Made by a program: the position numbers and the translations under genes. The notes beneath the pieces were generated by a model. It ran no database searches and had not been told where the DNA came from. It was given only the letters and a program-made list of their open reading frames with translations. A DNA stretch of 62,789 bases, the filler included, from Choristocarpus tenellus KU-1152 (Eukaryota; Protista; Phaeophyceae), in assembly GCA_964200185.2 (NCBI GenBank). It is 10 parts of 10 records of this genome, joined end to end, with 100 filler letters (N's around TTAATTAATTAA, not from the genome) between each part and the next. Parts side by side here need not be neighbours in the genome. Positions count along the whole stretch, not along the records: positions 10,652 to 13,814 come from CAXNAD020021848.1; positions 13,915 to 17,966 come from CAXNAD020016469.1; positions 18,067 to 21,160 come from CAXNAD020022364.1; positions 21,261 to 45,600 come from CAXNAD020000217.1; 6 more parts are not named here. One strand, 5' to 3'. How positions within the stretch are numbered: the stretch's first letter is position 1; each line of letters begins with the position of its first letter. This document shows positions 12,860 to 24,820 of this stretch, in pieces.

Positions 12860-13814
12860 CACAAACTTTGGTCGCACACCTCAGCGAGATGGAGGACAAA
12901 CAGGTGGCCTGACTCCTCAACTCCTGGTTCCTCTCCTCCCGCCTCGGCTATCTGGCTAGGGTCACAACCCCTCACCTGGCATGCTCCACCATGGAGCAAG
13001 CGGACAACACCTCGTTATGGACACTAGAGAAGATATTGGAGGTAGCAGACTCGACAGAGGCAACAGACCTTTTTGAGGGGGGGTGTAACAAAGGGTCTCT
13101 CCACCTAGAGACCCATCAACAAGTGCAGTCACAGATGCCCACAAGTGCGGGGGGGTTAGGCCTCTCCTCTATGAAACACCGCTAACACGCAGCTTTCGTA
13201 AGATCACTAGTGTCCACTCTCCCCACCCTCCTAGCAAGGCAGCAAGGGCCTCATGGTGAGTCCATCTCACGAGCCGTCAGTACAAGCCCCACTGTCCGGG
13301 GCTTCGAATCGTCCATCCACACCCTCCTCTCAACAGGTGTCCCTTCTGAAGACCTAGTCGAAATCACTGGCCAAGACTGGGTAACCTGGGGGGGAACAAC
13401 ATCCCCCGCACCCGCCCCGGAGGTTCACATTCTGGCAGCTCATGACGCCAGGATCACGAGGAGGGCTCAACATGAGATCACTCGCCTCCTGAACAGGATC
13501 CGTTTTGTCTCCAGTCGGACACAACTGGCCAGCTTACCAAGTGAAGTACAGCAGGGGACGAAAAGCTCCTCACTAGCCCTAGCATGCCACTGGAGCCAGT
13601 GTGGACAAGGGGCAAATGAATGGGCCTCAACACAACCCCTGGAGCCGGCATGCCAGATCCCCCCCACAGAGTTTAAACTTACCGTCAGCAGATCCCTCGG
13701 GAGGGAGGAGGCCCTGTCAAACAGGTGCCCAGTGACTGGGTGCAGGAGGCAAAATGTCGACACCAGACAAGCCCATACCTACCCCAGGGCAGGAGGCCAG
13801 GTGTGACAACACAC
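12860..13814 (+). mobile_element. Decayed non-LTR retrotransposon of the restriction-like-endonuclease (CRE/R2-like) type, RT C-terminus to CCHC region
   Basis: Interrupted frames give LSEMEDKQVA*...SRLGYLARV, QMPTSAGGLGL (LPxxxGGLG motif) and CPVTGC...D..QAHTYPRAGG (degenerate zinc knuckle); in-frame stops and a frameshift. Confidence 0.7.
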
Positions 13815-13914
13815 NNNNNNNNNNNNNNNNNNNNNNNNNNNNNNNNNNNNNNNNNNNNTTAATTAATTAANNNNNNNNNNNNNNNNNNNNNNNNNNNNNN
13901 NNNNNNNNNNNNNN

Positions 13915-14061
13915 GTAAAATGTGTACGTTATGAAAGGTGTGTCTGGAACATAGAATTGACACTTCCTAACTAACACGATAGCCAAAATTACATCAAAAT
14001 CATAACATTGTATTTTGATCCCCAAATGGACGTGGCTCTACCCTCTAAGATACTTTGGCTC
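13915..14061 (+). mobile_element. MITE family A, 3' part at contig start
   Basis: Aligns with 294-441 and ends TACCCTCTAAGATACTTTGGCTC. Confidence 0.9.
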
Positions 14062-14099
14062 ATTCTCTCAATGAAGTATGACCATAAAGTTGTCTGAAC

Positions 14100-17000
14100 G
14101 CCCAAATCTTATTCAATATATGGTTGAGGCACTATTCTGCCCAAAAATCAAATACTGAGACGGTCAACGTCTGGTTCAGGGTGTGGCCCTCTTCGTGGGA
14201 TGTAAGAAGTGTCATATGCACAGTTATCTCTCGACAGTCGGCCTGTAACTTGACACATAAGACAATGGGGTGATTCTCTCTACTATCGAACATAGTCCTT
14301 CTTTGGGGACAATATAATAGGGCCAGGAGCACCTGCGGAAGTATGGGTCTTGTCTAGCCATACCTTAGCAGGAACTTCATAAGTAGGAAGATTTTATGTT
14401 CAGTGGCCATGGACTCATTGCGCGAAGCTACTTCAATATTCCGTCTAGGAAGTTCATATATAAACAAAATATCCAATGTTTGTTTATTGTAATTGGAAAG
14501 GTGTTTAGATGAATGTGGGATTGCATATGTAAACCAACCAAGAGTTGGCTTTGTGGAATACACTTGAAATACAACAAATCTTTACCCACTGGTGGTATTG
14601 GTTTTGAAAAATGCTTCACTCCATAGGTTCCTATTGACTTATCATACTGAATTGTAGGCATTGGATTGCAATGTGACCAGTTTGAGCGATGAACCGTTGA
14701 AGGAGTTGACACTGCAGGGTTTTAGCCCAAAGATTTGTTAAAATGATACGACTGAGACATCAGTTGTTCAAGTGCATCGTTGATTGGCCAGATTGAGTGA
14801 CAACTTGTTGAGTTGTCGACTTCTGGGGTCGGATTCCAAATAAAGATTGCAATAATCTGCTGTAGGCGTTTGCTACCCATCTCTTCTCTTGGTTGGCCTA
14901 TCTGGGTAATAACTTACAAACGATCACTTACTACTAGGTAGGAAACCAATGGATGAATAAATCCTGAAATCTCAGCTCTGTCAACATACTCTGAATCTGA
15001 TCCAATCCAATAAGTGGTAGCCACTTCTGCTGGGCACCCCTACACCCTTGTGTTGCCTTTCCCATTGACTGAAACCCCACAGGTTGCATTATCTGCAGGG
15101 GTAGACTTCCAGTGCGAGCCCTGTGCTGACAAGGTGGCTGTAAGGGCAGCAATAGATTCATCATCTCATCTGTGGGCTCGTGGGTGTTACACAGGTATGG
15201 ACGTGGTTGAAGATCAGGTTTGAGACTCGCGCCATCTCAGTTGAAAAACACGTATCAACTAAGTTCCCTTACCAGACTTGAACCCCACAACCTGAAAACT
15301 TGCAAAGAAGAAGTTCCGGGTGTCCGCGCCCGATCGTTTGTTCTCAGTTTTGCCCTGTTTTGGTGGAATTTCCTGAGTCGAACGTGGTGGAGATGCTTGT
15401 TTCTTATTCCGCAAGATATCGAGTTCCGCCTTCCGATCTAGGGCCAATTTTTGTGGAGGCTCAAGGTCCGACAATCGTAGGTCGGTTATAGAGAGTGATA
15501 GTAGATTTTATGCTGCCAGTGTCAAAACTTTGGTAGACACCCATGGTACCATGAAAGTAGTCAACTAACTTGTGAAGCTCTGCATAGATATAGGTTGAAT
15601 ACTATGGTGTGGTGTATGTCCCCTTAGTGCATGAAAGGAAATTATACATACTCTATCACAGCCTTGTTACCTTGTGAAGACAGTTGAGGATGTATTAACT
15701 CTCTATACATTCCATCCAGATGCGTTTAGATGTACATTTATTGCAGAGTGAAATCGTGGTCTAAGTGGGGTCGTTACCAACCAAAGAGAAGAAAGAAAAA
15801 ATCCATACACTTCTGTTATTTCTTCTGTGGGAAAAATAAAAGAGACTCAAATCTAACTCAGAGTAGACGTATGTGTCTACATACTGAGTTTGTATGTTGA
15901 ATATCTATAATAATATCTATTGGTTCCAAGGATCTAGCCTACTATTGTTACACACACAAAACGGTAAGTCATGGTCATATATCCCGTACCGTGGTACATG
16001 TGTGATCTAGCTGCTTACACGCTACGCGATTAGTACTAGTGGACGAATCAACAGTCAACACTAGCCGGTAGTGCTGAGCTGTATATATGTACGAAGAGAG
16101 TGTAACCTATGTTTTAACAGCTATCATGGAGACGGTGACACTGTGGTAGGAATGGTCCCCAAACACCACACCTGATTCAGATGCATCTACCAATACGGTC
16201 GCATCTACCAAAGCATCAAAATCGTTGCTTCGGGTGGGTTAGACAGGGATTAGATATCCCATTGGATTGACGGTTGTGCGCCAAAGATTAAACACACACA
16301 TGGCTAAGCAGTCAGTCATCTTAGGTTGGTCCTATCTACCTACAGGAATGGGTCAAACAATATTGCATAACTCTCTGCCACACTCTCTTTCAAAAGCTCG
16401 GAACCCATCCCATTCCAGCATGTTTAGATGCATTGTGTTGTGGAAGAAACCATCAAGCGGAAATTGAGACACATGAACAACGGGTGAGTGGTTTTGACTA
16501 CCAATTAGTCATAGAAAATAAGTGTGTCTAAGCAAAAAAGTTGCAGTGTGTGGTGTTGCGAATCGGAAATCCCTGAGGGGTGCAGGTGGGCAAAATATTG
16601 AAGGCACTAACAACCCAATGTTTGCTCATACGGCACACTGGCACAAACCCCTCCTTACCATTACCGACAAAAAAGTTTGGGAACGGTATTGGGAGAACAC
16701 AGATATCAAGTCTGGAACAGCTACACAGTGTCCACCGTCCTTGTCCGATAAAAATCATTTGTTGGAGGCAAAAACTTTGCCAGATAGAGTGTTAATGACA
16801 CAGGGTCAGTTAGACAAACGACTTTTCATTAAACTTCTCTGTCCAGTGCTTGAGGTCAGGTTCGAGTTAGCCTGGAGTGCTGAGACTGCCAGTATAAACT
16901 CCTGGCATTTGTCGGATTCAAAGTCCAGTAGAATTTTCTACACTGAATGTGGGTGGAGGAACTTGTCTGAAGTCTGTTCCTCGGACTTACAGCTCTTGTT

Positions 17001-17230
17001 CAGGACCTTGAATTGATTTCCAGTTTGGGGTACCACATTGCGGGGGAACCTGTCCCTGGGATAAATCACCATCGTCCTGTCGTACTCAAGAGAGAGCCGC
17101 TGAGGGTGCCGCCAACCAAAATAGCTGATGGAATATTGGTGTTTCCCCCTGATGTCTGGGTTGAAATGTGGGCTGTCTCGCCTGGGCCGGAAGTTCACCC
17201 TTTCACAACAACAGGAAGGCCGTGGTACAG
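14100..17230 (-). mobile_element. Decayed Ty3/Gypsy LTR retrotransposon, copy 1 (gag-like region and possible integrase C-terminal remnant)
   Basis: Blocks ~15020-15330 and ~16700-16830 are homologous to ~19570-19880 and ~20645-20770 of the protease-bearing copy; zinc-knuckle remnant CKFSGC...GN....CFFN; many stops. Confidence 0.6.
15946..16119. mobile_element. Probable solo LTR (174 bp) nested in the Gypsy remnant
   Basis: TGTTA...TAACA inverted termini flanked by ACTAT / GCTAT (5-bp TSD with one mismatch). Confidence 0.55.
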
Positions 17231-17826
17231 CATAGCTGGTAGTAAAATAACAAATAGATCAATGCCTTTCACATTTTACGACAACTGATACTTGATTAGG
17301 AATTTTTCTGATATCTGAATATTTTTCACTATTTTTTCCCCCTTGGCACATCTGCAAAATGTCATAACAAGTTACATTGAGACATAATAGCATCTGTAAC
17401 TGTATAGGTCCTATGGCATGATGAGAAGGCTTAACAGTGTGTTTCAACCTAGAGACTCTTTAATGAAGGGCATACATGGGTATTCAAACTCTCTGGGATT
17501 CTTTCCTCAATCCTCGCGTTGTACCTTCGTCCTTTGTTGGACTAGGTTGGAACCATAGCGAACAGTCTTTTTAGGATGTTTGTAGTCGTTTTATTTCGTT
17601 TCTTGAACAGAGGTATTTGCAAGTACTCTTAATGTTGCCTGTAGATTTTGGTCTCTTGCCTCTCCTGAAACCTCTCCAAATCGTGAGAGGGCATAAATAT
17701 TTGTTATCTACAGAATAGAACATGCCAATCGTCGTTTCGTACTCCAAGCAATTGATTTTGTGGGTTCGAACCCCGCCAACGTTTCTAAGGAGAATCTGAG
17801 TTTGACTGATCCAAACTCTGCATCTG

Positions 17827-17966
17827 GAGTGAAAGTATATTAGAGGGTACGAGTTTTGCCCTATTTATCCATTTGGGGCTTGGCTTCCCGTGTTTTCTTA
17901 ATGACATTGGCTCAAAGTATCTGGGAGGGGGTGGCGGCTGTCCATTTGGGGTCAATTTTTTCATGT
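17827..17966 (+). mobile_element. MITE family A 5' part (17827-17908) interrupted by a family B copy (17909-17966)
   Basis: A-type terminus GAGTGAAAGTATATTAGAGGGTAC runs to ATGACATT, then switches to the B-type terminus GGCTCAAAGTATCTGGGAGGG; cut by the linker. Confidence 0.85.
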
Positions 17967-18085
17967 NNNNNNNNNNNNNNNNNNNNNNNNNNNNNNNNNN
18001 NNNNNNNNNNTTAATTAATTAANNNNNNNNNNNNNNNNNNNNNNNNNNNNNNNNNNNNNNNNNNNNCTCACAGATACTTTGAGCC

Positions 18086-21000
18086 GATGTTCCTGGTTGA
18101 TGAAGTCCATGCTCGTCTTGACAATGGGCTCCACTACAGCTTCTTTGGCTGATCCAGGTAAGGCCTGAGAACACAATGAAACAACAGTTTCGGTTCCCGG
18201 GGGTAAATATGTTTTATGTCTTACATGTACAGGTATGGTGAATTCAGTTGAAACTGTAGTCACTGTCATGTTTGTTGCAAAGGTTTAAGCAGTATTTTGA
18301 CTGATGGTTGATGGATTAACAATGGGTACAGGAGAAATTTTATGAGTGGCTGGGATGCGAACTTCTCTATCCCAATCCAACTTTGCTCCAAAAGCAGCCA
18401 TGATTCTGTTGTCCAAAAGTATTTTATCAACACCTAGGGATGGTAGAACAACTACTTGAACCGGTAGTGTTGTATTTCCCAAGGTTAATTGAAACTGAAT
18501 AAAGCCATGTACTTGCTAAGGTCTTCCCCCAGCTCCTCTTAAATGTGAGGCACCATCTGGTATAGAACTGATGTAAGCAGAACAAAGGGTGGGATGAGCT
18601 TGCATGTAACGATAGCTAATGGCCGGAATGTCAGTTGCGGTATCAACTGTGATATGTGTGAGACTGAATCATCATCAATTTTGCCAGGAATCGATACTCG
18701 ACGAGACGAAACCTGCAAGGTACAAGGGTGTTGAGAGTAATGTTGAATTGCAGATGTATGCCAACACACTGACTTGGTGCAACACTAACGCGATGCTACG
18801 AAGTCTTCACCCACTGTTCCAATAAATTTGGAAAAATGTTTCGCTGCTGAGGATGTTATTGCATTAACAAAATGAGTCTGAGGCAGTGGATTATAATTTG
18901 GCCATTTTGAGTGATTAACCTTTGTATGTTTTTCACTGCAGGGTTAGAGCCCAAAGAATTGTTAGAATGATGTGATTGAGACAGTGTTTGTTCAAATGTA
19001 TCGTCAAGTGGCCGATTTGGTGAACAACTTTGTTGGTTGTCCACTTCCGGGTCGGATCCCAAAGAAAAATGGTAAAGATCTGGTGTAGGCAGGTGTTGCC
19101 CATGTCTTGCTTTATTTAGCCTATTTGAGTGACAATTTGTCGTAATATTGCTCACTACTGGTAAGGAAACCAATAGATTAACACCTCCTAAATGAGAAGG
19201 CCTATCAATAAACTCTTGTCAAGATTATGCTTGACCATTTGTGAGAATATGATTTGAAGTGTTATTTTATGTACGCACAGAAGATAATGCGGGACATTCG
19301 GGATGTTTAGGCGGGGGTATTTCACCAGAAGTAATCGGCGGACTATTAGAGTCGGAGTGTTTCTGACGTGTACTAGAGAAACGTTGAGTAATTTGATATT
19401 CTGAGTCATTCAATGTAAGGACTGGTGAGCCCCACCTAGTACAGGTATCTCACTCTCTTCTCAACTGTGGTACAAGATAATAAACAATCATATAACTAGT
19501 TGTGTGGGACAACAGATCGTCAAGGACAGCTTAACAACTCTGACTCTGACCCAACACAAGAAGAGGGAACTACTTCTGCTGGGCACCCCTAGACACGCTT
19601 GTTGATTTTCCCATCTTATTTTGAAGTACCCTCACTAGTCTGATCTTGGGGAGTAGATTCCTCCATCGAACCTTTTTTTGACAACGAAGCAGTGAGGGCT
19701 GCAACAAACTGTTGCATCATTTCGTTGGGGGTTTCGGGGTTGGGGTTATCAAACGAGCGAGGACGATAATCAGGTTTGTAATTCTCGCCATTCGGGTTGA
19801 AAAATCAACGTTCTGTGCTGTGACCCCTTCGAGACCTAGCACCATAGCCCGGAAATTCACAAAACTGGTGCTTTGAATCAGCGAGCACGCGCTTTTTCTC
19901 GGGTTTCCTTTTAGGGGTACTGGATCGCGAGCAGGAATAGTGTTACTTCGTTTCTTCGTATGCCACATGTGTAACTCTGCTCATTGTTCTTTAGCTAACC
20001 TTTGCAGAGGTTCCAATTCAGAAAAGTGTAATTCTGTGACAGGTAAGGAAAGTAAACTTTCTGCGCCCAAAGTTGACACTGTGACGTTGCGGTAAGAGCA
20101 GTCACTAAATTCAAGACCTGACCTAGAAGCATCCGCTAAGGCAGCTGCATCTTCAAGTTCACCAAAGAAAATTGGCGGGGTCGGCAACGATCGATGACCC
20201 GCACAATTGAGGGTTGGACTCTGAGGTTGAATATACACATGGCTAGGCAATCGGATAACTCTGGTTGGCCTTCCTCATTGACAGGAATGAGCCTGACAAA
20301 ATTATCTACAGTCCTCACCACTCTGCGGCCAAATGCTCGTGCTCTTTCCCACTCTGGCATGTGTAGGTGAAAGGTAGTGCGAAAATAGTCATCCAAGGGA
20401 AACTGGGATGCAAATTGGCGGGTAAACTCTTGTACCAACTGGTTCCAGGATGCAAAACGGGTGGTAGCAAAAAAACTTCGGGCATGACGTTGTGACAGCG
20501 AATTCCCCGACGGATGCATGTGTACGAAATTCTGTAAGCACAAGTCATCTAGGGTTTGTTCATAGACGTCGTCTTCACGAGTTGGCACCGATTCTTTTTT
20601 TACCATTGCTAACGAACAAATCCGAGATCAATATTTGGAAAAAACCCAGATTAAGTCAGGGACTGCGACACACTGTCTACCATCTTTGTTTGATTCAAAG
20701 AATTTGATCGACGTTAAATCCTTAGCCGATAGGGTACTAAGGATATATGGTCGATTGGTCGGCTGCATTGCACCTACACTTATCTTATATTTATTCGTCT
20801 TCAGCGTTGCTGATGCCTCAAGCATTGACACCATTAAAGCATGATCTTGAATCTTCCCCACCCTGAAGTCCAGCCGGATTCCCTCCACATAATCATCGCA
20901 CAGATTTGTCAGTGGAGGTTGGTCTTCGGGCTCACGGCTTTCTTCCAGTACTGCAAACCGATTGGTAGATGGGCCGACCGTATTGTGGGGGGCCAGTCCC

Positions 21001-21160
21001 TGGGTTGTTCCCCCGCCATCCCGTCTTGCTCAAGCGAGCCTCCTAGGACGCCATCAACCGAATCGGTTGATGGAGTATCGGTGTTGGGTCCAGGTGCCTG
21101 GCTTGGGGCAGGTGCTGGTTCAGGGGGTCCAGTGGTCTTGGTTTTGCCTTTGTCTTGCTT
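18086..21160 (-). mobile_element. Decayed Ty3/Gypsy LTR retrotransposon, copy 2 (gag and aspartic protease)
   Basis: Gag-like FASWNQLVQEFTRQF (20136-20606); retropepsin ITVDTATDIPAIS...LRGAGGRP*QVHG...VVVLPSLGVDKILLDN...FGAKLDW (~18370-18660) with an internal stop. Confidence 0.75.
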
Positions 21161-22140
21161 NNNNNNNNNNNNNNNNNNNNNNNNNNNNNNNNNNNNNNNN
21201 NNNNTTAATTAATTAANNNNNNNNNNNNNNNNNNNNNNNNNNNNNNNNNNNNNNNNNNNNGATAAATTAATGTGAACATTGGGAGCAAGGTGTGGTTTTT
21301 GTTTTTATTTTTTTTGTGGGGTGGGGGTGATATATTTTAAATTTGTGATGTTTAATGTTTCTTTCCCCTGAAGGTAGAGTGTTGTTTTGCAGTTGTATTG
21401 AGGCGTTTTGCGTGGTGGTATTGGTGAGGATGGTCAACAGTAGTACATCATGTCACAGAGGATTTTGGATGGAGAGGACGTTGGTGTTGATGTTACTGTT
21501 TTGGGCACAAGAATAGAGTTGGGGTGGTTTGTGTTGTTATTTTGGAGCATGCTATAAGGTGTGTCTGTTCTTGTGCAGCGTAGATCCTGAACTTGAGGGG
21601 TGGTATGCTTTCATGGTATGTCAGTGTATTTCTATTGTTCCTATTGTTGTGGTAGGAAGTAGGATTCTATCCCTTTTTTAGGGTTAGGGTTAGGGTTAGA
21701 GATTGCCACTACAGTTTGGGGTCTTTCCATGAATTGTACAACTTGCTTCTTCAAAGTTCTGTATCCCCACCCATCGCTGAAGTTAGATAGAGTCAAAGTC
21801 AATGAGAGGTAGCCAGGTTTTGGTCATTTTACACTTGATGCCAGGTTTTGAAACATTTGTGGTTCACCCACATTTGTGTGGGTGAAGTGCCAAGTTTGAC
21901 TTGAGAGGCTTGCTTTCTCAATTGTTTGAGACTTTTGGACAGAATTTTGGGAAATATCCTAAATGAATTTGTATTAAAAAAGGTTGAATTTTTCACAAAT
22001 ATGTCAGCATCCTTAAAATGGACCTCCAGGTACGTCTTGTTAACTTCAACTCACTGATTGGTTTGTGATGTGTGATGTATGTTGTGTGATTTCTCTTCTT
22101 TCCTCTTCTTTCCCATCTTGTTCTGTTCTTCCTTGTTCAG

Positions 22141-22328
22141 GAGAGTGTGAAGAGGGCGCTGATTGGGGTGTGTCGAGACTTGCGAGGCGTGACCGAGGCT
22201 ACACACAACCGGAAGTCTTACGGGATGCTCTTTGATGTAAGCCACATACCCTTTTGGTGTCCACAGTTACTTTCTATTGTATTAGTGTTATTATTAATAA
22301 TAACATACTATCGAGACAATAGTAGTGC

Positions 22329-22384
<56 letters not shown>

Positions 22385-24778
22385 CCCCCCCCCTCCCCCC
22401 CCTCCTCCCCTCTCCTCCCCTCCCTTCTTTCCCCCCTTCCCCNNNNNNNNNNCCCAATTTTCTTTCTATTGTTTTTGGGTTATTTTTTATAACAACATTC
22501 TATCAAGACAATAGTAGGGCCCCCCCCCCCCCCCCCCTCACTCTCTCTCTCTCTCTCTCTCTTACACTTCTTCTCCATCCCTCTTTCCCCCACCCTCACA
22601 AAAATATGTGGTTCATATGTACAAGTGTGCAATTTACAGGCTGTGCCTGCTTCCTGCCTCCATATATGTGCTTCTACTCACATGGATTTGTTCTGTTCCC
22701 CTGCTCCTTCCCCCTTTGTGTGTGTGTTTGTGTGTTGGGTTGTGTTGTGTATTGCTATGATGTGGTGTGTTCATGTTATTGGAAGGCGTTGTATCCTGCA
22801 CACTTTGGTGTGTTTGTGCGTGCAGCTGAGGAGTGGTCAGACAGCCCAGAGGTTACGACCTCTCTCATTAAGTTCATGCAAGAATTTGTGTACAACAAGG
22901 TAAGATGGATGGGTTATTGATGATGGTAACATTTTTTTGTCTTCTTTGTATGATGTGGATGCATGTTTTGGGGGGGTTTTCTGAAAATTTATTGAAATTT
23001 GTTATCATGTAGCGCTGTTATTGATGTGTGAAGCACTTTCATTGGTCAACGGTGCTGTAAATGTTAACGCAGTTACATAGTACTTAGTATTGTCAAGGAA
23101 AGGTATTGTAAATGGCATGTATATTTTGGTGCTCGGTTGGTATTTCAAAGTACATTAGTGTTCCGTCCTGTTTCACAGGAGTGAGTGTGAGTGCGCCTTG
23201 ATTATTTGGGGTTTCCACATTTTGATGGCGTTTGGTACTGATTTCCTCGTTTTGTGTAGAGTTCTATGATGCTGGATATTTTACTGAGGAAGAAAAATGA
23301 CAAAGGAAGTTGGTTCGTAGGTTACTGTGTTAGGGACTTTTTTATTTTTTGTTGTGTGGAAAAAAAAGTTTCTGAAGTGGTGCAGGGCATCTTACACAGG
23401 GTCTTCCCCCCCTCCCTTTGTCCTTATGGATACTTTGTGCAATGATCAGTTCATGTAGGCCTTGTCTGTATTCCATTCATCTCGAGCCTTTTGCTACCAC
23501 TGTTGGTTGTTATTTGGTGTATGGATGTCCTGTGTAACTGTATTTTTGACAAAAAAAAATCACCCATTGGATTACAGGCACAGCGGCTGGTATTTGACCA
23601 GAGTAGCCCTAATGGCATCCTTCTGTTCCGAGAGTGTTCCAAGATAGCTGTTGCTTTTGGAACAAGAGTTATGCAGGTTTGTCTCCACTGGAGGATTTGA
23701 TAAGCATAAGCTGAGAATGGAGGGGGGGGAGGTGTTCACTCCTTTCCAGTATTGTATACAATGCTTGTCGTGAAGGGCTGTTTAATATCAAACTTCAAAT
23801 TGAGCTGGTGATAGAAATTATGTTTTTGCTGGTTTGATGTAGACTGAATTTGTTGAGGGGGTTGTGGTAGGGTTAATGGTAACTACACCAACAGCTAGAA
23901 GTGAAACTGTGATTGATCTCATTTGTTCACCTTCTACCCAGTGCCTTGGGTAGTGCTACAATTGGTGAGTGAGTTGTTCAAACTAGTCCACAGTATCATA
24001 CCGTGTAGGCAGTCTCTTTAATAGGAAGTTTGTGGATCTTTTGCAAGGACCCCTAACCTTCTGCTACCATTGCTCTGGTTGAATTTATGGCCTGTGTGCT
24101 AATGTGGCCTTTTGTGATCAGCTACCAGTGACTACGTCAGATCTCTACAAGGAGAAGTACAAAGGGATAGCCATATGCCTTGGGATGCTCAGCACTGCTT
24201 TGGCAGGGACATACGTCAATTTCGGGGTGTTTACCCTGTACAATGATAAGGTTTGTATGGCGTGTATCAACCTACCTCTTATCCCTTTCTTCTCATTATT
24301 TGTAGTACTTTGCTATGGTGATAGTGCTGACTAGGGCTATGGCATTGGTATGTTCCTTATGCCAATTTGTGCGGCCAGGTACTCAGACTTACGTTTGCTA
24401 CTGGGGTGTTGTAATTTCATGTTTGTACGATACGATATAGTTTGGTTGTGTGCACATTGTACGATATGATGAGCTTAGTACTTTTGAAGTATTAGTTTGG
24501 TATGGTGTCAGCGGCGTAATCAATCAGTTCACACAATTTAGACAGCACAACTTCCCTGATGTGAAGCCTCAAACACGAGGAACAAGTAGTAATCAAGTTG
24601 AGACTAACACCTTTCACTATAGCTTTGTTAGAGTCAAGGGACCACTACTGGATACAGGTATATTAACCTGTCATAGGTGTATCGCCCCCCTTATCTATAA
24701 AAATCAAGAGTGTTCATGAAAAATTGTTGAAATCCCTGGTGCTCATCTTGGTGCACACGAAGAGCTCTTTTATGGCCT

Positions 24779-24820
<42 letters not shown>

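Noticed and set aside
17760-17777. GTGGGTTCGAACCCCGC as a tRNA T-arm or Pol III B box
   Set aside because: No D-arm/A box, anticodon arm or acceptor stem can be folded around it.
22147-22920. 257-aa polyproline ORF
   Set aside because: Read-through of an XPO7 intron containing a poly-C tract; only the two flanking exons are coding.
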